Assembly (NCBI GenBank): GCA_027001995.1
Contig: JALTLO010000153.1
Coordinates: forward strand, 1-39,174
Direction: 5' to 3'
Source: Planctomycetota bacterium
Lineage (GTDB): Bacteria; Planctomycetota; GCA-002687715; DRQF01
DNA length: 39,174 nucleotides
Positions 26,995-36,063 of the stretch are shown piece after piece (the stretch's first letter is position 1; every line of letters starts with the position of its first letter). A model generated the notes under the pieces. That model worked only from the letters and a program-made list of their open reading frames with translations. It was not told the origin of the DNA and did no database searches. Made by a program: the position numbers and the translations under genes.

Positions 26995-29055
26995 CTAGGG
27001 TTTTTGGTTGTAGGCATTCAAGAGCTTCTTGAGATCTTGAAAGGAATGATCAGCCTTAGAAAGAGGAAGAACTCGCCGTCTTCCTTCCACTTCTATCTCT
27101 TCAAGTGCGAAGAGATCTGCTTGGACATCCCAGGTGAGTTTTCTATTTCCTTGACGGGTAGCAACCTTGCGGGTTCCCTCGAAAGATTCCGAAAACGCAA
27201 CGGGCTCTGGATAGCCTTTTCGCGCCTCGACAGACGGCTCCCCCAGCAACACATACCTCAGAAGCGACCGGCCTTGAATACTCTTGGGTCTGTCACCACC
27301 TACAAACTCAAGAACGGTAGGCATGATGTCAATATTACTCACAGCAGATTGAACTTTCTGAGGCCCGACACCCGGAATATGAAACACCAAAGGGATGTGA
27401 ATCTGAGATTCGTGAACGTTCAGCCCATGCATAGGAACACCACGATCATCCCACTCCTCACCATGATCCGCCATAACAACAATCATTGTGTTTTCTCTCA
27501 AACCTCGGGCGGAGAGTCCTTGCAAAAAACGTCCAAACTCCCGATCGACGTAGGCCACTTCAGCGTCATATTGATCTTGAGACGAAGCACCGAATTCTTC
27601 CTCACCATAACCCGCATAAGGAGCATGTGGATCAAAGTAATGGATCCACAAGAAAATCGGTCCTGAACGCTTTTGGTCCAGGGCCGAAAGGCCAAAGTCA
27701 GTCACACGCTCGGCGCTTTGCAAGTCTCTGATTCCTTCGACATTGAACCTCTGGAATCCCCGGGACAAACTCTTGACGACAAAGGGATAGCGGACCCCCA
27801 AGACCGCTTCTGTTTGATAACCCATAGAATGGAGAATTTCGGGAAGAACTGAGTCTCGGGCGCTATTCGGTTTCAACCTTCCCTCCCGAACCGCGAGGGT
27901 ATCTGTCGCCACCCAATTCCTGCCCCGCATGGTGGCTGAGAACGATGGCAATGTGGCAGGACAACACGTCCAAGTTTCAGAAAAATAGGCGCTTCTTCTG
28001 ATCAGAGAATCTAGATTCGGGGTCAAGCGGCGGCGATAATGGGCGATTCCAAGACGATCTGCCCGCAATGCGTCAATGCTCACCAAAACGACATTGGTTC
28101 GGCCACGATGGGGAAACAAACTATCAAGATCTTGAGAAGCCAAGTCCTCGAACTGCGAGAGAGCCTTCAACACCTCCGTATCCACTGGTTCAACTTCGTG
28201 GACACGGCTCGGGACCACATGGAGCAGCGCTCGCTTCAAGAAAAGTGTGTCCCGCCATGCAGATGCGCGTACATCTTCCCTCGCCAGTGGATCAGACATG
28301 AGAACCAAGAGAGCGACAAGCGCCAGAAAAGACACTCTCTTGACTTCGCCGAAAGTGTTCCATGGCCGGAGCGCTTTCAGGTCACAACGACCAGACCAAA
28401 TGGCCACCAAACCAAAGATCCCCAGCCAAATAAGGAGATGAGCTGAGCGGTAAATATGAGGATATACCCGGGCATCCAAGTAGCTAAAACCACCCATGAG
28501 AGTCAAACAAAGAGCTGTCTCTAGATAGAACACAAACTTCTTGGGCGTCTGCAGGAAACGGGAATTGATCCGTGTTACTGCCCCCAAGAAGAGTATTGGC
28601 CCGAGGACACACGCCACTGCCACCGCACCCTGAGCCCATTTCGCCCAAGACTTGAGAGCGAAACCCTGCCCAGAAAGAAGGTCGGTGGTCAACACATAGA
28701 GCACAATCGAAAAAGGCAAAGCAGGAATTGCCACCGTGAACAAGTAAGGCCACCTCTTTTCTTCCCTCACGAAGTTCGCGATTCTGAAGAGAAAGAAAAG
28801 CGGGACAACGGCGATGAGGAGAACAATGATCGCCCAAGATCCGGAGGCCGCCACCACCCAGGCAAACGATTGGACACTCAGATCGCTCTGCAACAAAACC
28901 ATCGATGCATCAATGAGCAAGGCCACTAAGACACAACGTATGATCATCCTTGTAGGTGAAATGTGAGCTGACACGTGCTTCTCAAACCAAAGAAATATCT
29001 GTGGCCATGGTGAGCCTTTTCCTGCGGCTACGAAGAACACAGATTCCATCGCCAC
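26995..29055 (-). CDS. Sulfatase-like hydrolase/transferase (alkaline phosphatase superfamily) with N-terminal multi-TM domain
   Basis: NVVLVSIDALRAD, TPNLD, PATLPS, HYFDPHAPY, YDAEVAYVD, ADHGE and HIPL. Start uncertain (GTG 29055, ATG 29049 or ATG 28947). Confidence 0.85.
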   Translation of the reverse strand: MAMESVFFVAAGKGSPWPQIFLWFEKHVSAHISPTRMIIRCVLVALLIDASMVLLQSDLSVQSFAWVVAASGSWAIIVLLIAVVPLFFLFRIANFVREEKRWPYLFTVAIPALPFSIVLYVLTTDLLSGQGFALKSWAKWAQGAVAVACVLGPILFLGAVTRINSRFLQTPKKFVFYLETALCLTLMGGFSYLDARVYPHIYRSAHLLIWLGIFGLVAIWSGRCDLKALRPWNTFGEVKRVSFLALVALLVLMSDPLAREDVRASAWRDTLFLKRALLHVVPSRVHEVEPVDTEVLKALSQFEDLASQDLDSLFPHRGRTNVVLVSIDALRADRLGIAHYRRRLTPNLDSLIRRSAYFSETWTCCPATLPSFSATMRGRNWVATDTLAVREGRLKPNSARDSVLPEILHSMGYQTEAVLGVRYPFVVKSLSRGFQRFNVEGIRDLQSAERVTDFGLSALDQKRSGPIFLWIHYFDPHAPYAGYGEEEFGASSQDQYDAEVAYVDREFGRFLQGLSARGLRENTMIVVMADHGEEWDDRGVPMHGLNVHESQIHIPLVFHIPGVGPQKVQSAVSNIDIMPTVLEFVGGDRPKSIQGRSLLRYVLLGEPSVEARKGYPEPVAFSESFEGTRKVATRQGNRKLTWDVQADLFALEEIEVEGRRRVLPLSKADHSFQDLKKLLNAYNQKP

Positions 29056-29342
29056 CGACAAAGTATAGACCGATTTCCCCAAACATGACGGACAAAGAAG
29101 AGAATATCCCCAAGTTGACTCCTGCCGCTGAAGAGGCCCTTGGTTTCGGGGAAAATGCCGCACACGAAACCAAAACGCAGGTCCCATTGAGGTTGGAGCA
29201 CAAGCCCTCCACCATTTTCTCCAGCTCCAAACCGATATTCGAATCAGTGCAACCTGATATCGCCTAAAAACTCAAGAAGAGCACAGCGACAGCCCACTTT
29301 CATTATGATCGTTCAGCCAGTTAAACATGGAGGCAATCGAAA

Positions 29343-30458
29343 ATGAAACTGATGCTTATGGCCTTCGTTGTCGGAATCGCAACAATTCAAGCCAGGGGGT
29401 TCCAAGAGGCATGCCAAGACGCCCCACCTCCAGTTCTCATGGCACAACTGCCAGAAGCGAAACCACTCAACGTTCGTCTCTTGACATTGAACACCTGGCA
29501 TGAAGGTACCAAGGTTAAAGGCGGATTCGACAAGATCGTCAACGTCATCTTGGCCTCCAAAGCAGACATCATCACACTCAGTGAAGTCCGAAACTTGGGT
29601 GGCAAAGATTTTCACCACCGCCTGATCAAAGCCTTAGAGAAGAAAGGGGAAATATTCTATGGCAAGAAAACCGGAAGCGATGTGGGCTTGTTGAGTCGCT
29701 GGCCTATCCAGAAAACAGAGTTGGTGACTGACAAGACCAAGGGGCTCCGTGGCTCCATCATGGCCTTCTACCTCAAGTTGCCCAACGAGAAGAGGCTTGT
29801 CGTCTGTTCCGCCCACCTTGACTATACTCATTATGCCATTTACCTACCCCGCGGCTATGACGGCAACACCTTTAAGATCATCGACGAAAACAATGATGGG
29901 ATCCCTGACCCGATAACAGACAAGCGAAGAATTCATCAGTTAGACCAAGATTCTCACCGAGACGAATGCATCAAGAGCTTTATTCTTTTCGCCAAAAAGA
30001 TGAAGAAAAAGAAGACACCAATCATCCTTGCCGGTGATTTCAATGAATGTTCTCACTTAGATTGGACAAAGAAGACGTCTCAACTCTTCAGCCACAATGG
30101 TGTTGTGATCCAATGGAAGAATAGCCTCCGTCTGAAAGCCACGGGCTTTGTCGATAGCTGGCGCCAACTTTTTCCAAATCCCGCAACTCACCCAGGAGCG
30201 ACTTGGCCATCGGAAGCTTGGAAGAAAGGAAGCACCAGTTGGGCCCCCAAGGTGGATGAGCGAGATCGCATTGATTTCATCTACTATCGGGGACCGCACC
30301 TGAAGGCTAAAAATGGATGGATAGTGGGGTCGGCCAAGTATTGGGTCTTCAACAAACTGACAAGACCCAAGTCGGATTGCCCATTTGTCCTTGAAGAAAT
30401 CCCGTGGCCCAGTGACCACAAAGGCTATATGGTCGATTTTGAATGGAAGAAGAAATGA
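29343..30458 (+). CDS. Secreted endonuclease/exonuclease/phosphatase family protein
   Basis: GGAGG RBS and signal peptide; LNTW, DII.LSE, HLD, GDFN, DRIDFIY and SDH motifs. Confidence 0.92.
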   Translation: MKLMLMAFVVGIATIQARGFQEACQDAPPPVLMAQLPEAKPLNVRLLTLNTWHEGTKVKGGFDKIVNVILASKADIITLSEVRNLGGKDFHHRLIKALEKKGEIFYGKKTGSDVGLLSRWPIQKTELVTDKTKGLRGSIMAFYLKLPNEKRLVVCSAHLDYTHYAIYLPRGYDGNTFKIIDENNDGIPDPITDKRRIHQLDQDSHRDECIKSFILFAKKMKKKKTPIILAGDFNECSHLDWTKKTSQLFSHNGVVIQWKNSLRLKATGFVDSWRQLFPNPATHPGATWPSEAWKKGSTSWAPKVDERDRIDFIYYRGPHLKAKNGWIVGSAKYWVFNKLTRPKSDCPFVLEEIPWPSDHKGYMVDFEWKKK

Positions 30459-30538
30459 GTCCCTTGGGCTCTGGCCCAACGGGAACAGGACTGGGGCAAA
30501 AGTTGGAGCTCTAAGAACCGGGGGAACTCAAGGCGAGA

Positions 30539-31087
30539 TCAGGCCGCGCTACTGCTGAGATAGAGATAGAGATAGAGAACAAATGGTAAAGGGTTCAGAA
30601 GGACCAAAGCAGAAGCAAAAAATAGGCGGCGCCGATCCACCGGTGTGTTGGCATCATCGAGAGAAATAGCCAACCGCCAAACGGCGTAGGGCCACAAAGG
30701 GAAAATGAGCCAACACATGATGGCCGTGTTGAGGGCACGACGTATCTCAGTGCTGCCGGCATCATTCTTAAAGAAAAACTCTTGAGGTGTATCTTCGGAG
30801 ACAAGAGTGGGATCCATGGATTGATCCTGAAAATCCACTTCTCCCTCGTCCTCGCTAAGAACAGGTTCCACCTTCTCCAAGACTTCCAAAGCTTCTTCAA
30901 CTTGTTCTTCAGGGACACGTAGAACGTAGATGTTCTCGGATGCACCCAAGTTCCAATCCACAAGATAATTCCCTGTCAAAGGTGGAGGTTGGTAAATCAC
31001 ATCAACCCCTGCCCCATCCATTGCGTGACAGAGTGAAAGCGCTTCCCTTTCCGTGTAACATTCCGCCACGATGACGTTTTCAGCCAT
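30539..31087 (-). CDS. DUF2007-like domain membrane protein
   Basis: EA....L..AGV and L.V.EE..E.A..L pattern, acidic linker and two C-terminal TMs. ATG 31087 with GGAG RBS. Confidence 0.65.
   Translation of the reverse strand: MAENVIVAECYTEREALSLCHAMDGAGVDVIYQPPPLTGNYLVDWNLGASENIYVLRVPEEQVEEALEVLEKVEPVLSEDEGEVDFQDQSMDPTLVSEDTPQEFFFKNDAGSTEIRRALNTAIMCWLIFPLWPYAVWRLAISLDDANTPVDRRRLFFASALVLLNPLPFVLYLYLYLSSSAA
30557..30578. repeat. In-frame (GAGATA)3.7 microsatellite encoding LYLYLYL
   Basis: GAGATAGAGATAGAGATAGAGA. Confidence 0.7.
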
Positions 31088-31173
31088 GAGTATTCTCCAA
31101 CAACCTCCTGAGGCCCCCAACACCGTAGCAGGTTTCCAAGATCTCAGCTATCATTCTTTGCAATCAACCCCAC

Positions 31174-32064
31174 TTATTCAGGACTCATCATGTCTTCCAG
31201 ATGAGTCGAAATCAGGTGACCGCCTAAGTCCCTGGGCAGCGCCTCCGCCACACTGTCATTGGCAAAGGAAGCTAACTGCCCCGCAGTCAAGGGTAAGAAG
31301 GGTAAAAGTGGGCCTTCCAGGAGTTGAAGACAAAACCGAATTAAACCCAGGGGTGCGGTCACCAAACCACCCTCCTTCCCAGTCTTGCGAATCCGAATTT
31401 TCTGCAATAGAGCACGCATGGAAATCTTGTCCGGGCCACCAAGAGCATAGGTGTCACCATCAAAAACGATGTTCTCCAGAGCAAAGACCAACCACTTAGC
31501 CATGTCGTCGACGTCGATTGGCTGGCAAATGTTGGCACCCCCGCCGAACACAGGGACAAGCGGTGCGCTGGCCAATTTTCCCAGGCCCTCCAACACCGGA
31601 GCAGAAGGCCCAAAGATCATAGTCGGCCTCACGATCAGATGAGCTAACCCAGATTCTTGGACAGCTTTCTCCCCCAGGGCTTTTGCATCGGCGTAGTGAT
31701 ACCCAGTTCGATTCTCGAATCCGGCAGCAATACTGCTGACAAAGAAAAATTCTCGGGCGCCTCGAGACTGAGCAGCGGCCAGCAGCGCCTTCGTGGCACC
31801 CAGGTTCATCTCCATGTGTGCAGCCCGAGTCCCCTTCCCAGTCAGCGCTGCCAAATGAACGATCATCGTGTCCCCATCAATGCTTGATCGATACGACTTA
31901 GGATCCAAGAGATCCCCCGCGACCACCTCCATCTCCCCTTTCGGCTCGATTGTTCCTTGGCGCTGCAGGACCACAACCCGACGAAAACGACTGGGATCCA
32001 AGAGACCCAAGAACCGTTTACCCAGGTATCCGCTGCCACCGGTTACAAAAAGAGATTTAGTCAT
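31174..32064 (-). CDS. NAD(P)-binding atypical SDR (epimerase/NDUFA9-like)
   Basis: TGGSGYLG, GDL, HLAA, FVSS, YADAK, RPTMIFGP and QPIDVDD. Confidence 0.88.
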   Translation of the reverse strand: MTKSLFVTGGSGYLGKRFLGLLDPSRFRRVVVLQRQGTIEPKGEMEVVAGDLLDPKSYRSSIDGDTMIVHLAALTGKGTRAAHMEMNLGATKALLAAAQSRGAREFFFVSSIAAGFENRTGYHYADAKALGEKAVQESGLAHLIVRPTMIFGPSAPVLEGLGKLASAPLVPVFGGGANICQPIDVDDMAKWLVFALENIVFDGDTYALGGPDKISMRALLQKIRIRKTGKEGGLVTAPLGLIRFCLQLLEGPLLPFLPLTAGQLASFANDSVAEALPRDLGGHLISTHLEDMMSPE

Positions 32065-32154
32065 AGGAGCTCAATTTGACGGTTTTCATCAAAACAAAGA
32101 AGACAAGCGTCACTAGGAAGAGCTATCATGGGCCCAACCTATGAAGGAACGCGA

Positions 32155-33174
32155 ATGATCAAAGCTACCCAGACAACCCGGCGCCAACCACTCACACGTT
32201 TCATCGTCTGTATTATGATGCTGATTCTCGCGAGTTGTGCAACTCCCCACCGAGAGCCAACGAAAGAGGCACCTGAATCCACGCCTTCGACTGTTTCCCC
32301 CGTTTCATCCATGATGTCTCTGAATAAATTGACGTCCCGGTACGGGTATCTCCCCCATGGTACCAACGGCGCTGGTCGCCGAGTATTCCGTCGGGGTTCG
32401 AGCGAAATTGAGATTCATCCCACATCTCGGGTTGCCTATTTCGATCAGGAGCTTGTCGTTTTGGATCAGTCTCCCCAGGCAGACAGCCATGGGATCTGGG
32501 TACCTCGGTCCTTAGAATCCCACTTTCATCGGCCCCAAGTTCGCCCAGCCGTCACCAAGACCAAGAAACATACAAAAACTCGCCCCATTCCAGCCCGGAC
32601 TCTCAAGGGAAAACACTTCGTTATCGACGCCGGGCACGGGGGTAGAGACCATGGCGCTTCCCGCCGAGGCGTTCGAGAAAAAGACGTCACCTTGTCAATC
32701 TCCATGGAAGTGGCCCGACTCCTTCGTCAACAAGGTGCCCGCGTCACCATGACAAGAACCAATGACCGCAAAATCGAGCTCAACCGCAGGGCTCAAATTT
32801 CCAACGAGAATCGGCCAGATGCCTTCGTCTCTATTCACATCAATTCAGCTTCGAATTCTGGAGCCGCCGGAGCTGAAGTCTACCCAGCACGAATCCGCAG
32901 GGCTGGCCAGCGTCGAGACAAAATCCCGCGCTCAGCAAAACTCGCCCGCACCATCCTCCGCCAGATTCAAAACGTGACGCCAGCGAAAGATCGAGGCATC
33001 AAACGAAGCCCCGGATTCCGTGTCCTCAAACGCAACAACTACGCCGCCGTCTTAGTCGAACTCGGCTTCGTCACCAATAGCCGGGAAAGACGCCTGCTCG
33101 GCAGTCCAACTTACCAAAGAAAACTCGCCCAAGCGTTGGTCCGAGGCATTCGAGAATATGCCCGTTCCATTTAA
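32155..33174 (+). CDS. N-acetylmuramoyl-L-alanine amidase (Amidase_3), probable lipoprotein
   Basis: IDAGHGG.D, EKD, R...N..., FVSIHINS and LVELGF (Zn ligands and catalytic Glu intact). Lipobox LASC; GAAGGA RBS before ATG 32155. Confidence 0.92.
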   Translation: MIKATQTTRRQPLTRFIVCIMMLILASCATPHREPTKEAPESTPSTVSPVSSMMSLNKLTSRYGYLPHGTNGAGRRVFRRGSSEIEIHPTSRVAYFDQELVVLDQSPQADSHGIWVPRSLESHFHRPQVRPAVTKTKKHTKTRPIPARTLKGKHFVIDAGHGGRDHGASRRGVREKDVTLSISMEVARLLRQQGARVTMTRTNDRKIELNRRAQISNENRPDAFVSIHINSASNSGAAGAEVYPARIRRAGQRRDKIPRSAKLARTILRQIQNVTPAKDRGIKRSPGFRVLKRNNYAAVLVELGFVTNSRERRLLGSPTYQRKLAQALVRGIREYARSI

Positions 33175-33453
33175 GAAAATGGACCAAATATCAGATAATC
33201 GTCACCGATAAGGGCTGCGGAAGGCATTCAATAGGAGTGCCAAGCTGGCTTTCGAGTCATGGACAAAGTCGAAGAAACTTTTGAGTCTCAACTGTTGGTA
33301 AACGTCGAGAACAGAGCCTCCCAAATGGCTTGCCACGGACGACCTTGCTCAAAGCAGCCAATTTAAGCATGATTTTACCCGCGCAAAGGGTCAAACGGAC
33401 CCAATGCCAAAGATAAACACCCTGCTACGAACGCATGGGAAGGAAATAATCGC

Positions 33454-34371
33454 GTGAACGAAACGCAAGAAATGAGTTTGATCTTAGATGGAGTCACAAA
33501 GCGCTACGGCAAGTTCCTAGCTGTGGACAATCTCTCTCTAAGAATTCCCACTGGATCCATTTATGGATTCTTAGGACCCAACGGTGCTGGCAAGACCACC
33601 ACCATCCGCATGGTCATGAGCATCATCTACCCAGACCAAGGGCGCATTTCGGTTTTGGGTCATCCTCGCGCCGAAGAGATCAAAGACCGCTTGGGATATC
33701 TTCCTGAAGAGAAAGGGCTCTACAAGAAGATGCGGGCTGGAGAGATCATCACCTATTTCGGCCGTTTGAAAGGGATGACGCGAAGCGATGCCAAGAGACG
33801 TTCCAAGGAACTTCTCGATCGCTACGGCCTTCCGGAATGGCACAGCGCACGTTGCGAAGCCCTCTCTAAGGGCATGGGACAAAAGGTCCAAATCTTGGCT
33901 TCCTTGGTCCATAACCCAGAGCTCGTCATCCTCGACGAGCCTTTCTCCGGATTAGACCCGGTCAACGTCGAAGTCATGCGCGATCTCATTCTTGATCTTA
34001 AGCGCGAAGGCAAGACCGTCATATTCTCCACCCACGTGATGGAACAAGCCGAGCAAATATGCGACTTCATTTTCTTGATCAACAAAGGGAAGAAAGTCTT
34101 GGACGGGCCTTTGTCAGAAGTGCGCAAGAGCGGCGGCGAAGCCATCCAGTTGGACTATGACGGTGACGGAGCCTGTTTGAAAGAACTGAAAGGCGTCTCC
34201 CGCATCAACGATGCCGGAAAAACAGCTGAGATTTTCTTGGAAGACGGTACTGACCCTCAAGACATCCTCCGCGCTTTGATCGACAAGATCTCGATTCGCC
34301 GATTCGACCTGTCAGAACCATCTTTGCATGAAATCTTTGTACGAGCTGTGGGAGGAAAGACTCATGAATAA
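33454..34371 (+). CDS. ABC transporter ATP-binding protein (NatA/YhaQ-like)
   Basis: Walker A GPNGAGKTT, signature LSKGM, Walker B ILDEPFSGLDP and STH. Confidence 0.95.
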   Translation: MNETQEMSLILDGVTKRYGKFLAVDNLSLRIPTGSIYGFLGPNGAGKTTTIRMVMSIIYPDQGRISVLGHPRAEEIKDRLGYLPEEKGLYKKMRAGEIITYFGRLKGMTRSDAKRRSKELLDRYGLPEWHSARCEALSKGMGQKVQILASLVHNPELVILDEPFSGLDPVNVEVMRDLILDLKREGKTVIFSTHVMEQAEQICDFIFLINKGKKVLDGPLSEVRKSGGEAIQLDYDGDGACLKELKGVSRINDAGKTAEIFLEDGTDPQDILRALIDKISIRRFDLSEPSLHEIFVRAVGGKTHE

Positions 34372-35980
34372 GAAAACAGTTCTGATCGCTGCTCGTGAAT
34401 TCAACGAGAACTTGCGCACAAAGACATTCTGGCTTGGCATCTTCGTCTTCCCGGTCATTCTTCTTCTCTCTTTCATCGTCCCAAGCTGGTTGGACGACCA
34501 AAAGGATATTCGCCATTTCGCCGTTTTGGACCAAAGCGGTTGGCTTGCCAAAGATGTAGAGTCTCGTTCGGCATTCCCAGATATCGAACGCATTTTCAAA
34601 GAAGTGGCCGAGAGACAAAAGGCTGGCAAGGCCGACCCCGAGTGGCCCCCCATCCTCAAGGGTCTAGCACCTTCCCTGGCAGAGATGGATGAAAAGACCC
34701 GCAACAAGTATGCTCAGAGTATCGTCCAGTTCGAATCTATCAAAGACGCCATACCCGAAGTCTTGGCCCAAATCCCAGAGGCAAAAAGACTCGAGTTTGA
34801 CCAGCGCATGAAGGAACTTCGAGCCTGGTGGGGAAAACTTTCAGCTGGCGAGGCAAGAAATGAATTGGGTTCCTTCAGCTTGGCTAAGCAAAATTATGAG
34901 CTGGTCAACTTCGAAACCGAGGGCATCTCCGTTGAAGAGCACCGCAAGATTTTGGAAGAGAAGCTCAAGGCCGGAGCCATATTCGCTTACTTCGAGATCA
35001 ACGGAGACCCGGTGACTGGCTCAGGCTCTTTCGTCTACAACAGTCGCAACGTCACGGATAGTTCCCTCAAGAATTGGTTTGAACGCCATGCCAATGCCGC
35101 TGTGAGAGCCCGGCGTTTTCAAGCCAACAACATTGATCAATCTTTGGTTGAAAAGATTCAGGCCCCCTTAGTTTTCGCCAAGAAAACCATCGATAAAGAT
35201 GGCAAGCAAGAAGACGTCGACCAGCAAAAAACAGCCCATAGCTTTATCCCAGCAGCTTTCGTCTACTTACTGTGGATTACGATCTTCATGATGGCCCAAA
35301 TGCTCCTCACCAACACCATCGAAGAAAAATCGAACCGGACGATTGAGGTGCTTTTGTCGTCCGTAGCCCCATTCGAGCTGATGGCCGGAAAAATCGCCGG
35401 CATTGCGGCTACAGGCCTCACCATGATCATCTCTTGGATCATTTTCTTCTTCTTGATCGTGAAGTTTGCTCTGCCTGCCATGGACATGAAGGCCCCCTTT
35501 GACATCACCCCCCTACTCACAGACCCAACGTTCTTGGGCTCATTCGTGGTTTACTTCATATTGGGCTACTTGCTCTATGCGGCACTCATTGCCGGGATTG
35601 GCTCCGTTTGCAACAGTCTCAAGGAAGCTCAGAACTTGATGATGCCCGTCAGCGTGTTTTTGATGTTGCCTTTGTTTGCCATGATGCCAGTGGTTCAAAG
35701 CCCCAATGGTGGTTTGGCGAAGATTCTGTCCTACATCCCGCCCCTGACTCCATTCATCATGATGAACCGAGCAGCCGGTCCCCCAACAACTTTCGAATAC
35801 GTTGTGACCACGATTCTACTCTTGGCCTCCATCGTGATTACCTTCTACGGGGCTGCCAAGATCTTCAGGATCGGCATTCTGATGACAGGTAAACCCCCCA
35901 AAATCGGCGAGATTTTGCGCTGGCTTCGGGCTCCTGTAGGGGCCATGCCCGATGTCGAATCTGAAGATCGTCAGTCCTAA
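34364..35980 (+). CDS. ABC-2 type exporter permease (NatB/YhaP-like)
   Basis: IA.RE...RTK.F, large extracytoplasmic loop, EEKSNR.IEVLLSSV and LM.GKI. GGAGG RBS before ATG 34364. Confidence 0.92.
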   Translation: MNKKTVLIAAREFNENLRTKTFWLGIFVFPVILLLSFIVPSWLDDQKDIRHFAVLDQSGWLAKDVESRSAFPDIERIFKEVAERQKAGKADPEWPPILKGLAPSLAEMDEKTRNKYAQSIVQFESIKDAIPEVLAQIPEAKRLEFDQRMKELRAWWGKLSAGEARNELGSFSLAKQNYELVNFETEGISVEEHRKILEEKLKAGAIFAYFEINGDPVTGSGSFVYNSRNVTDSSLKNWFERHANAAVRARRFQANNIDQSLVEKIQAPLVFAKKTIDKDGKQEDVDQQKTAHSFIPAAFVYLLWITIFMMAQMLLTNTIEEKSNRTIEVLLSSVAPFELMAGKIAGIAATGLTMIISWIIFFFLIVKFALPAMDMKAPFDITPLLTDPTFLGSFVVYFILGYLLYAALIAGIGSVCNSLKEAQNLMMPVSVFLMLPLFAMMPVVQSPNGGLAKILSYIPPLTPFIMMNRAAGPPTTFEYVVTTILLLASIVITFYGAAKIFRIGILMTGKPPKIGEILRWLRAPVGAMPDVESEDRQS

Positions 35981-35999
35981 GAAAAAGTCGCGCTTCATG

Positions 36000-36048
36000 T
36001 GAAAGCCTCCCTTGCTCGCCAACGGCGAACAAGGGAGGCTTTCATTTT
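36000..36048. terminator. Intrinsic terminator between convergent genes, possibly bidirectional
   Basis: TGAAAGCCTCCCTTG-c-TCGCC-aac-GGCGA-a-CAAGGGAGGCTTTCA: a 20-bp stem with one mismatch, followed by TTTT. Confidence 0.85.
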
Positions 36049-36063
36049 AGATCTGATTGTCGA

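Noticed and set aside
33259..33366. 35-codon ORF (MDKVEETFESQ...) upstream of the ABC ATPase
   Set aside because: No properly spaced RBS and no recognisable features; this length is expected by chance.
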